Origin: a virus
Lineage: Duplodnaviria; Heunggongvirae; Uroviricota; Caudoviricetes
IMG/VR virus record: IMGVR_UViG_3300028327_000833
Location: 98,516-152,642 of that record
Direction: 5' to 3' (one strand)
DNA length: 54,127 nucleotides
In this document: in pieces, positions 35,704 through 43,922 of the stretch
Layout: every line of letters starts with the position of its first letter
How positions within the stretch are numbered: the stretch's first letter is position 1
Made by a program: the position numbers and the translations under genes
The notes under the pieces: generated by a model
Database searches by the model: none
The model's input: the letters and a program-made list of their open reading frames with translations, nothing else
What the model was told of the DNA's origin: nothing

Positions 35704-37689
35704 TCACTTTCCGAATCTCGCCGCTTTAACAGTGTCGGTTGCATAAGTAATATTGACAGTCGGCTTGATATACTGACAATAAGACAGCTGACGGTTCTTT
35801 ACCGGAGTTCTCAGATAGCATTTCTTCACTCCGCTGATTTCATTAATCCGGCAAACCAACTCCCCTACGTCAAGAAACGCGCCTAGCGTCCAGCAATAGC
35901 CGAATATAATCCTGCGAATTTCGTCGTTAATCTCCGACGGCGTCAAATTGCCTTTAACATACGGCGACAGCTGAACGTCTAAGTCAAATTCGCCGTCCCA
36001 AAAGTCCGTCACTTTGCCGGAGCCGTCTTTTTCCTCATAGCGGTAGCGTTCGGGCGGCGTCACCATAACCCGCATGAAGCCGAGCAGTTTGTCAAAATTG
36101 TACTGCTGATGGAAATTCAAATCCCACTCTATCTGAGTCAGCGCCTGATATTCGGGAGCTTCGTCGACGGTTGCCGGCTTCCACCCGTAATCGGTCAAGT
36201 CGACTTCCGACTCCGTCTTAACCGCCCAATCGTTCCGCGCGTTCCAGAACGACTCTCTAAAATCAGTCCCGCCGTCTTTTTTAGGCAGGCGGTACAGCTT
36301 GCCGTTGTGAATGACGACGTCGTCTTCCGCGTACCTAAGATTTTCAATATCGCTCCATCGGGCGAGAAACCCCCTAACCGCGTCCAGGCGGGCTTTCCGG
36401 TCTCTGTCGGATTCGTTGTTCCGTCCGACGGGAAAAGATTCGCCGGTTTTAAACGACTGCGCGGCCGTCCACGGAAAAACCGCGCGAAGCGTCAGACCGC
36501 TCAGCATAAACGTCGCCGTAGGCACCAGTTCGCTTACCGCGCCGGGTTCGTCGGGCTCGAGGTGTCTCGGCATAGAGTACGCCGACTTTACGTTCGGGAT
36601 TCTTTGCACCCTCGCGATAAAGTCGTCGTTCGTCATTATCCTTTGATTCGCCATCGCCGCGTAAGGCGACAGCGTCTTTATCTGCTGCGGAGTTTCCGCG
36701 TTTATTCCGTTGGCGACTTTTAAACTGCATCTCGGCGTAAAATCGCGCGGGCCTTCGTCGGTTTCGACGGCGTCGTCGGCTATGAAACCGCTGTCCCACG
36801 TAACCTTGTCCAAGTCGAATTTGAAATTCGGTATGAATCCCGGCGTCGACAGATAAAACACCGTAAATTCGTTAGTTTTGCTTACTTTGCTGGGCTCGAC
36901 GTACAAAGCGTTTCCGAAGATGATTCCGTCTCCGAAATTAATGTCCAGTCCGCCGAAAAAACTGTTCTTGACCAAAACCACGTCGCGCTTCTCGTCGTCT
37001 CTGTACAGCATTACGTCCGCCAAGTTGTCGACCGCCCGAAGAAACCTCTCCGACTCGTTGTCCCTGAAGCTGACCGCCACCGTCCCCGAATCGTCGATGG
37101 AATCTCTATCGTCCTCCACCCTGAAATTAAAGTAGGGCGTTTTGTAATTCATAATCGTATCGAGATCGAACGTCTTGGACTTCCAAGTCCCTATGCAAAT
37201 CCGGCCGCGATACATGGTGCGCTGCATCTGCCTATGGCTGTTGGCGGCGTCCATGTAGTTCACGGTTTTTATCGGAGCGTAACCGTTCAAGAAAGAGATC
37301 GGATACGAAGTTCCGTCGATCTCGATATTGCCGACGACGCCTCTGGGATCCAGCGCCGCGTTATCGTCGGGTTTATAAAACTCGACATACTCCCCGTTAG
37401 GGTGCTGCGGCGCGATCCTGCGCTTCGGATTGTACGACAGCTGCGACATCGCGAGGTAGCGTATGGACTCAGGCCGTATGGCCGAATCCATGATGGATTC
37501 CTTGCGGATGTTATTCAGCTGCGCGTATATCTGGTCGCAGATCGCCGCCAATCCGTCCGAAAAGCGTCTCAGCGTGGACGACGCGTTAAAGTCCGCAGGG
37601 TCTATCTCCCCGCTCAGCGTCAGAAAGTTCTCGACGTCGCGGCGGATGTCGTCGAAAGAAAGCGAGTCGTATTTTACAATATCAGACAC
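35704..37689 (-). CDS. Baseplate wedge subunit (T4 gp6 / baseplate J-like)
   Basis: SLSFDDIR, DFNAS, ESIMDSA...SI, SYNPKR, INFGDG, VFYLST, GINAET...IK...P...QRIMTNDDF. Confidence 0.9.
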   Translation of the reverse strand: MSDIVKYDSLSFDDIRRDVENFLTLSGEIDPADFNASSTLRRFSDGLAAICDQIYAQLNNIRKESIMDSAIRPESIRYLAMSQLSYNPKRRIAPQHPNGEYVEFYKPDDNAALDPRGVVGNIEIDGTSYPISFLNGYAPIKTVNYMDAANSHRQMQRTMYRGRICIGTWKSKTFDLDTIMNYKTPYFNFRVEDDRDSIDDSGTVAVSFRDNESERFLRAVDNLADVMLYRDDEKRDVVLVKNSFFGGLDINFGDGIIFGNALYVEPSKVSKTNEFTVFYLSTPGFIPNFKFDLDKVTWDSGFIADDAVETDEGPRDFTPRCSLKVANGINAETPQQIKTLSPYAAMANQRIMTNDDFIARVQRIPNVKSAYSMPRHLEPDEPGAVSELVPTATFMLSGLTLRAVFPWTAAQSFKTGESFPVGRNNESDRDRKARLDAVRGFLARWSDIENLRYAEDDVVIHNGKLYRLPKKDGGTDFRESFWNARNDWAVKTESEVDLTDYGWKPATVDEAPEYQALTQIEWDLNFHQQYNFDKLLGFMRVMVTPPERYRYEEKDGSGKVTDFWDGEFDLDVQLSPYVKGNLTPSEINDEIRRIIFGYCWTLGAFLDVGELVCRINEISGVKKCYLRTPVKNRQLSYCQYIKPTVNITYATDTVKAARFGK

Positions 37690-38035
37690 GTTCCACCGCC
37701 TGATTGATGTGTAACGTCGGGCCGTACTGACACTGAATAACCAGATTTAACCGGCACTGGTCTCCGACGTTGTTTATCGAGCTCTGATTTTCAATCAGAG
37801 TAAGCCGCCGGTCGAAATCTTTTATCGCGACCGCCAAATCGCGCATTGACATGATGCTTGCGTCGTTGAACTCGAACAAATACCGCGACAATCCGATTTC
37901 GTTGCGCCGGCCCCAATAAATATCGTCCCTGTCGAAGAACAAGGCGTTCGTAACCGCCTGTCTTAGACATTGGTCGTTATGGAGCAGAACCTTGTCGCGG
38001 TTGCTCTCCCAAGCGCAATTTATGTCCGTGGCCAT
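37682..38035 (-). CDS. Baseplate wedge protein gp25-like
   Basis: CLRQAVTNAL...IGLSRYLFE...AIKDFDRRL; adjacent to gp6. Confidence 0.8.
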   Translation of the reverse strand: MATDINCAWESNRDKVLLHNDQCLRQAVTNALFFDRDDIYWGRRNEIGLSRYLFEFNDASIMSMRDLAVAIKDFDRRLTLIENQSSINNVGDQCRLNLVIQCQYGPTLHINQAVERV

Positions 38036-38075
38036 TTCCAGAAGATAACGAAAAACGCGGATTTTCGCAAACGTC

Positions 38076-38624
38076 TCAGGTTACGACCGGCCCTGCGGCG
38101 GCTCCGTAGTAGACTCCGCCGTGACTTCCAGACGCAGGCGTCCGGCTCCACACCGCAGGGTTCAAAACGCTCGCCACGATCTGACGGGCGAACTCGTCCA
38201 TGACCGCCTCCCAGTCGCCGCCCAGCGCTCCGAGCGCCCCCTGGTTCAGCATAGACCCTCCGATAACGGACGGAAGCAGAAAAGGCGCGGGAGTCAGCGC
38301 GAATCCTGCGGGAGGTTTGAAGAGCGCGGTACTCAGCATGGTTTCGAATTGCAGCTTAAACAGCGTAAACGCGCTATCTCCCGCGCGTTCGAGCGGAAAC
38401 TGCGTCAGCGTTCCTGGAATTGTAATTTCGGCTTTGAACGTAACGACGGGGTCGGGAGATCCGTTCCCCGACACAGCCGCCCATACGTATGTAAGCACGG
38501 TGTTCTCGGTTAGGTAAGTTTTTAATACTTTGGTAAACGTATCGAACGCTTTCCGCGGATTATCAATGCCGCGCATTTCGCTCTTTAACTTATCGGCAAG
38601 ACGCGTGTGGGGCGTTAAAGGCAT
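38076..38624 (-). CDS. Hypothetical baseplate-region protein
   Basis: Between gp5-like and gp25-like genes. Confidence 0.6.
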   Translation of the reverse strand: MPLTPHTRLADKLKSEMRGIDNPRKAFDTFTKVLKTYLTENTVLTYVWAAVSGNGSPDPVVTFKAEITIPGTLTQFPLERAGDSAFTLFKLQFETMLSTALFKPPAGFALTPAPFLLPSVIGGSMLNQGALGALGGDWEAVMDEFARQIVASVLNPAVWSRTPASGSHGGVYYGAAAGPVVT

Positions 38625-38628
38625 AGTG

Positions 38629-39309
38629 CTATCCTAAAGCGGTGTCGCTTCTGTGCGGAGCGCCTGTGAAAAGACAGTTCGGAACCGCGCATAACGCCCC
38701 GTTCGGCGACGGCACGCCCGTTCCGGTATGCTCTAACACAACTTTGCCGTTTCCATGAATGTTGACAGTGCCTTTAGCGTTCACTTTAATATCATTATCG
38801 CCGGTTATGTCTAAATTGCCTTTGCCGTCCATCTTAATCTTGGACTTGCCTTTGTTTACGTTAATCTCGAACTCGCAACCGTCTTTCTTGCCGTCCGCGC
38901 AAACATCGAGCTCGAATTTGCTCCCGTCGTACTTCCCTTTGATAAAGCTGTTATGGAAGTTCAGCACGAACTCTTTGCCGAGGTCGGCGTCGAAAACCTT
39001 GCTTTTGGCGCTGACCGTATGCCCGACGTAAAAGCCCTCATAGACGCTCCCCTGGAAGACGACGGTCACGAAGTCGTCTTTCTGCGGGCGCGCGTACAAT
39101 CCGCACGACGGCATCATCATCAGCTTCGGCAAATCTGCGTCGGGGATACCTGTTTTGGCGTCGCCGAAGAGGGCTTCGATGCGCGCGGTGATTCGCCCTT
39201 GGGCGTCTTTTTCGCCGTCGTCCACGACTTTGCCGACCCAGAAGCCCTTGAGGGCGTCCCCGTTTTCGAGGACGGCGAGACGATCTATTCCGAGAAGATT
39301 TGGATTCAC
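38629..39309 (-). CDS. Baseplate central spike (gp5/gpV OB-fold) with C-terminal metal-binding tip
   Basis: WVGKVVDD...QGRITARI...PQKDDFVTVVF...FYVG; beta-helix-like repeats; CAVPNCLFTGAPH; GTG start with SD GGAG. Confidence 0.85.
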   Translation of the reverse strand: MNPNLLGIDRLAVLENGDALKGFWVGKVVDDGEKDAQGRITARIEALFGDAKTGIPDADLPKLMMMPSCGLYARPQKDDFVTVVFQGSVYEGFYVGHTVSAKSKVFDADLGKEFVLNFHNSFIKGKYDGSKFELDVCADGKKDGCEFEINVNKGKSKIKMDGKGNLDITGDNDIKVNAKGTVNIHGNGKVVLEHTGTGVPSPNGALCAVPNCLFTGAPHRSDTALG

Positions 39310-39356
39310 GGTAGGGTCTCCGAACCGTTAAGTTTGAGTTTCAACCTCAAAATAGG

Positions 39357-40636
39357 ATAGTTACCTCTTTTGTTATCAAATCTTGCAAGCGTAATAACCT
39401 GCATGTTTTTTAACAAAATCGGTTTTGAACCCGGAACCATATTTTCCGAGGGAGAAACGGCCAAGGGTGTTCAAGGCGCCGACCATATCGGCTTTGCCTG
39501 CATAGCCACAAGACAGACACCTGAACGCCTCTTGACTTAACCGGTTCCCCTTCTCGACGTGACCGCAGACCGGACAAGTAGTAGAGTTGTAGAAAGCAGG
39601 TACCCGCCGTAAGGAAACACCGTTTTCTTCAGCAAGCATTTCTACCCTGCTGTCCAACAACCCGCTTGTCCAGCCGTCGAGAACTGAACGCATACTTTTA
39701 GTTAAGCGTCCTTTAACTTTGCTGTTCCTTTTAATATCCTTGTTATTTTCAATACAGATTAATTTAGTTTCTTTAAAAGGCAACTCTTTACATGTTTTAG
39801 AAATGTAATATTTAATCTCTTTTTTACATTTCTTCCACGACCTTGAGTTGCGTTTTTTCCGTTTCAGTTTCTGTAAAAGCGGCTTTATCCGGTCGCCGTA
39901 AACAACACCCTCGTCAGAGGTTAAAAGGTTCGTGGCTCCGGGGTCTAACCCTATAATATCACCTTCCGTTTTCTTAGGGACGTCAGCTTCAAAAGAAAAC
40001 TGGATATATTTATCTGTTAAAATAACGGAACTTGAAAGTTTGCCTTTAGAGTTCCATTTTTCAAAACAACGGTTCTTTTTCAAAGGTATCGCTATTTTAA
40101 CCGCCCGTTGTCTGCTATCGAAACATTTTAACTCTACTAGAAGATCGAAGTCTTCTAAATCAGGGTTAAGGTTTACAGATACCAGCTGACTCGACAAAAC
40201 GGCTTTTGTTTTGCAATGTTTAGGTTTCGTATACGGCTGTTTTAACTCTTTGCAACTTTTAATCTGGCCGTCTACCATACCGTAGGTTTCAGCTAAAACG
40301 ACTTGTTTAGCTCTGGCCGTCAGCCACGTTTCCGGTACTTTGTAATTTTTATGGACATCGAACTTAGAGTCGCCGTCTTCTATACGGTTTTTTATACCGT
40401 CTATAGCGGAAGACGCGACAGCGTCATACTCAGACAGCAAGTCTTTTATACGGCCGGACTTGCTTCCGGTTATCCACTTCGAGAAGTGGCATTTGACGCT
40501 TCTGTTGAACTTCATTTTTCAAGTTCCTTTAAGAGAGTCTAAAAATTTTAGCCTGACTATATAGTTTCATAACTCAAAGCTAACATGTTTGACAATAAAA
40601 AACAATATTTGATAATAAAACCTATAAATGTATTAA
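39357..40636 (-). mobile_element. TnpA-less tnpB element, copy 1 (1280 bp)
   Basis: Boundaries from identity with copy 2: follows ATGTAT, ends GGTAACTAT (3-nt TAT ambiguity); left-end hairpin ATGTATT-T-AATACAT. Confidence 0.85.
39376..40515 (-). CDS. tnpB: TnpB RNA-guided nuclease
   Basis: RuvC I GLDPG, RuvC II CIENN, Zn finger CPVCG...CLSCG, RuvC III ADMVGALN. Confidence 0.95.
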   Translation of the reverse strand: MKFNRSVKCHFSKWITGSKSGRIKDLLSEYDAVASSAIDGIKNRIEDGDSKFDVHKNYKVPETWLTARAKQVVLAETYGMVDGQIKSCKELKQPYTKPKHCKTKAVLSSQLVSVNLNPDLEDFDLLVELKCFDSRQRAVKIAIPLKKNRCFEKWNSKGKLSSSVILTDKYIQFSFEADVPKKTEGDIIGLDPGATNLLTSDEGVVYGDRIKPLLQKLKRKKRNSRSWKKCKKEIKYYISKTCKELPFKETKLICIENNKDIKRNSKVKGRLTKSMRSVLDGWTSGLLDSRVEMLAEENGVSLRRVPAFYNSTTCPVCGHVEKGNRLSQEAFRCLSCGYAGKADMVGALNTLGRFSLGKYGSGFKTDFVKKHAGYYACKI

Positions 40637-40666
40637 ATACATAGGCTTTGTAGTCGTCGAGCTCTA

Positions 40667-40855
40667 TCATTTGAGCTGTTTCTCCGAATCGATTTTCTTT
40701 TTTAGCGCCACAATCTCCGCTTCGGTCAAATCGGCTATCGAAACGGCGTCCTTTTTTATGTCAACGATGACGTATTGCAAAGCATCGTAGTCCCAGCAAA
40801 GCAGTTTTCCGTCAGGGCGTTTAACGCAACTTTTTAGAAAATCGTTTAAACTCAT
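40667..40855 (-). CDS. Small hypothetical protein (paralogue of 40852-41088)
   Basis: CVKRPDGKLLCWDYDALQY; SD GGAGG. Confidence 0.7.
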   Translation of the reverse strand: MSLNDFLKSCVKRPDGKLLCWDYDALQYVIVDIKKDAVSIADLTEAEIVALKKKIDSEKQLK

Positions 40856-41088
40856 ATAACCTCCGGTGTCTGATTGGACGGCTTCTTGACCATCCTATCC
40901 AACAATTTCTTCGCCTCTTCGGGCGTCACCTTGTCAGGGCTTATCGGTTCAGCTTGAAACCGAACTAAACGATAGTCCTTAGCTTCATCGTCCCAGCAAA
41001 TCGCCGTCCCGTCCGGGCGGGACACGCAGTTAGCGAGCAACTTGTCAATCCCCACAACAAACCCCCGACATAAAAGTTTAAAAAACAA
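40852..41088 (-). CDS. Small hypothetical protein (paralogue of 40667-40855)
   Basis: CVSRPDGTAICWDDEAKDY; start may be GTG 41055. Confidence 0.65.
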   Translation of the reverse strand: MFFKLLCRGFVVGIDKLLANCVSRPDGTAICWDDEAKDYRLVRFQAEPISPDKVTPEEAKKLLDRMVKKPSNQTPEVI

Positions 41089-41245
41089 TGTGCCTATAAC
41101 CTAAAGATAGCTAAATTTAGGCAAAAAACCAACTCCAAGAAGCGGGTTTAATCCATAAAACCCTCAAATTCTACTCGAAAAAGCATTTTTTGCAGATTTT
41201 TCGTTTTTTTTTGTTTTAGGTCTTGACAAAAAACTTACGCTATTT

Positions 41246-41383
41246 AACTCGCCCTAATCCTCGCCCGAATATGCCCCGAATTCCTCGAAAAACCGCGTTT
41301 CGAGGCCGTTCGAGGGGGTCAGGGGCCGGGCCGTCGGGCGCGTCCGAGGGCGACGGCGGTCTCCGGGGTGACTTGCGTATATT
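41246..41383 (+). repeat. Dispersed GC-rich intergenic repeat, copy A
   Basis: Near-identical to 42488-42633; pieces at 24341-24357, 25065-25139 and 22604-22698. Confidence 0.9.
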
Positions 41384-41501
41384 GGATCTGATGCTGTTCA
41401 GGGCAGGAAGACAGGAGACTTCGTTTTATCCGGGGTGACGGCATTATATTGGTTTTGATAGTCGGCGGATGATTTTAAACAATTTCAACAAGGAGGTTAT
41501 T

Positions 41502-41849
41502 ATGGACAAGTTCGAGTTCGTATCGTACAACGAAGAAGACCGCGACGACGCGCTCTGTTTCGGGAGGATGGTATTCAAGTACAACGGACGGCCGTGCAAA
41601 ACCGGGACAGGTTTCCTATGTCCGCACAATACCTTTGAGGTATGTCGCGTCAAGACTTGGACAACGCAGGATATTGATTGGAAATCTATTCACGCAAATA
41701 TCTCAGAAGATGAGAAACCGCTATTCGTAAAATTGGTGGTAGATCACGTGATACCGCTAATCTCGAATTGTGATTGTTGCAGCAAACCGCATGACGGTTA
41801 TATAGACGGCGTAAACTTATCAAATAAGCACATTAAGGTGCTTGACTAG
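41502..41849 (+). CDS. Hypothetical moron protein
   Basis: ATG 41502 with SD AGGAGG; two CCGGGGTGAC-N5-TATATT motifs upstream. Confidence 0.7.
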   Translation: MDKFEFVSYNEEDRDDALCFGRMVFKYNGRPCKTGTGFLCPHNTFEVCRVKTWTTQDIDWKSIHANISEDEKPLFVKLVVDHVIPLISNCDCCSKPHDGYIDGVNLSNKHIKVLD

Positions 41850-42393
41850 ACAAAGATCCGTTGAAATCACTGTAATCGCCACGAAATTTACGCAACAGCG
41901 GCTTATATTCACTACTAGCATCCCGTGAGAGGTAAGCCCCTTTTATGGGATGAAATCTTATCGCGCCCGGATTGTCGTCTGCGAACTTTTTAGCAACGGC
42001 AATCGCTTTCTGCGGCGCATTTTTTATTCGCAACAAGCGCTGATCCAATTCCTTTTTAGTGACGGCGTCAGCATTTGCACGATCGACTTTAAATTTTTTC
42101 TGTGCATTTCTAAACCTCATTTTTGTATTCGCTATCTTGGTCTGATCTTCGACATCCTGTATCTCTTTGTCGAGATCGGGATCGTTTCTATGCCGATTTT
42201 TGAAAGACTGTAAAACCGCAAGCTGATCGCTCGGATGCCCGCTGACGTTCCTTGCAAGACTAGTGGCGGCGGCATCAACGCACCTTCTAAAGGAAACCTC
42301 GTCAACCCGTCTGCCGTCCGCATCGCGAGCGTCAATATTCACGTGTTCGTATAGCTTCAAAATCCGTCCTACCGCCGCGTCGAGTTCATCCAT
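41833..42393 (-). CDS. Basic protein with shared MDELDAxVGRILKLYE leader
   Basis: Leader shared with two other ORFs; unrelated C-terminus. Confidence 0.7.
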   Translation of the reverse strand: MDELDAAVGRILKLYEHVNIDARDADGRRVDEVSFRRCVDAAATSLARNVSGHPSDQLAVLQSFKNRHRNDPDLDKEIQDVEDQTKIANTKMRFRNAQKKFKVDRANADAVTKKELDQRLLRIKNAPQKAIAVAKKFADDNPGAIRFHPIKGAYLSRDASSEYKPLLRKFRGDYSDFNGSLSSQAP

Positions 42394-42487
42394 AGAAAGG
42401 TTCCCTTCAGGCTATAATATAGTCACGAAACAACGTTTTTGCTTAAAAAATCTAATTTTTTTTCAAGGTCGGCTCTGGAACCCATAA

Positions 42488-42633
42488 AACTCGCCCTAAT
42501 CCTCGCCCGAATATGCCCCGAATTCCTCGAAAAACCGCGTTTCGAGGCAGTCCGAGGGGTTCGGGGGCGGGCCGTCGGGCGCATCCGAGGGCGACGGCGG
42601 TCGCGGCGGTCTCCGGGGTGACTGTATTATATT
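42488..42633 (+). repeat. Dispersed GC-rich intergenic repeat, copy B
   Basis: Near-identical to 41246-41383; bracketed by imperfect inverted repeat TATAATATAGTCAC (42413-42426) / GTGACTGTATTATA. Confidence 0.9.
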
Positions 42634-42682
42634 TGACTTTGGAGGGCGGCAGATAATATTTTAATCTAAAAAGGAGGCGGTT

Positions 42683-43306
42683 ATGACGGATTCATTAAAG
42701 GCGGCGGCGGACACGGTTGCGGAAGTTGCGCGGCAGGTCGACGGAGACCCGTATAGCATTAAAGTGGTCGGATGGCTTGTTTTAACGCTTACTGCGATAT
42801 TTGCTTTTAAATTTGCCGCAGAATGTATCATTAAGAAAAAATTTGTTCTTGGTGCAGGTACTTCACTTTACGCCCATGACTACAGGCCTATTTTAGAAGT
42901 ATTGTGGGCGTTGACCGCTATCACTACCGGAATTATTATTCGAGTGCTAATCGCAGACGGGACAAATGATAAAGCCGCACATATACTATTTGTCGGTATA
43001 GGGCTGTTGTCGGCGGCATCAGTCGGCTTTTTTGTATCCGAATATCTAACCGTAGTATACAAAGGGTCTTTAAATAAACCGCTATACTATATTAACAAAA
43101 CTATCGCGGAATGGACTTGGGTGTGCTGGCTGGTTTATAGCGGCGGCAGTTTTATCTCAAACTTTGTTAATTTAGGTGACGAATTTGAACCGCTTACCTG
43201 GAAAGATTGCTTTACTTTTACGTTTATATTACCTATCGCGGTATTTATACTTAAAGTTAGTTTAATCGCTATTAAATATCGTAGTTTAAAATCGCACAAC
43301 CGTTAA
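42683..43306 (+). CDS. Polytopic membrane protein (about 5 TM), moron
   Basis: Five hydrophobic stretches; AT-rich; SD AAGGAGG; own promoter motif and terminator. Confidence 0.75.
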   Translation: MTDSLKAAADTVAEVARQVDGDPYSIKVVGWLVLTLTAIFAFKFAAECIIKKKFVLGAGTSLYAHDYRPILEVLWALTAITTGIIIRVLIADGTNDKAAHILFVGIGLLSAASVGFFVSEYLTVVYKGSLNKPLYYINKTIAEWTWVCWLVYSGGSFISNFVNLGDEFEPLTWKDCFTFTFILPIAVFILKVSLIAIKYRSLKSHNR

Positions 43307-43319
43307 TGGTTGTGCGATT
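43290..43319. terminator. Hairpin between convergent genes (bidirectional terminator candidate)
   Basis: Perfect 12-bp stem AATCGCACAACC/GGTTGTGCGATT. Confidence 0.65.
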
Positions 43320-43340
43320 AGTGTTATTTATTCTTAGCTA

Positions 43341-43691
43341 CTAGTGTCTAGGACGTTTTGCGCCGTGTATAAAATCATCCAAAAAACCTTTACCGGATAT
43401 TGCGGGTTTAGGTTTAAATTGCTGGTTACTGTCAGCAGGCTCAACTGTTCCTGAGTACGGTTTAATGCTAGTTTTGCCGGGCGGGGTTGTGGAATTGCCC
43501 ATAGCGTCATCCCTAATTTGATTGTCTCGCATTACTGGTTGCGAAGATACTCGATTGCTAATAGGAGAACTCTGAGTAGAATCCGTCTGCTCAGGCTGAC
43601 TGCTCACCGTTCCGAGCGCGGCTTCCTCGTCCACCTCGACATGCTCGTACAGCTTCAGAATCCTGCCGACGATTGCGTCTAACTCGTCCAT
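43341..43691 (-). CDS. Ser/Pro-rich protein with shared MDELDAxVGRILKLYE leader
   Basis: ATG 43691 with SD GAGG; leader shared. Confidence 0.7.
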   Translation of the reverse strand: MDELDAIVGRILKLYEHVEVDEEAALGTVSSQPEQTDSTQSSPISNRVSSQPVMRDNQIRDDAMGNSTTPPGKTSIKPYSGTVEPADSNQQFKPKPAISGKGFLDDFIHGAKRPRH

Positions 43692-43772
43692 AACGGCCTC
43701 GCGTTTATGAGATTTTATAAAATTTGGCAAGAAAACCGTTCCTTAAAACTCACTCAAACCTACTAAATCCTT

Positions 43773-43922
43773 ACAGTCGGCGCTTTAAACGTCCTTGGCC
43801 GCTTCTCCCTCGGAAAATATGGTTCCGGGTTCAAAACCGATTTTGTTAAAAAACATGCAGGTTATTACGCCTGCAAGATTTGATAACAAAATCGGTAACT
43901 ATCACCGTTAGTCTTTTACCAA
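43773..43922 (+). ncRNA. Stand-alone omega-RNA-like copy of the tnpB 3' end / right end, plus putative guide (43903-43922)
   Basis: About 130 bp homologous to the last part of both tnpB elements, opposite strand; 13-bp stem 43836-43848/43884-43896 and TGCAGG/CCTGCA inner stem; no tnpB ORF or left end. Confidence 0.7.

Noticed and set aside
39328-39333. Stop-codon reassignment explaining the TAA upstream of gp5
   Set aside because: Long genes terminate normally at TAA, TAG and TGA throughout the window; coding density is high under the standard code
41322-41341. Copy-2 guide (ACGCCCGACG...) matching the dispersed repeat (GCGCCCGACG...)
   Set aside because: Only 9 nt match and no ATGTAT-like TAM adjacent; expected by chance in GC-rich DNA
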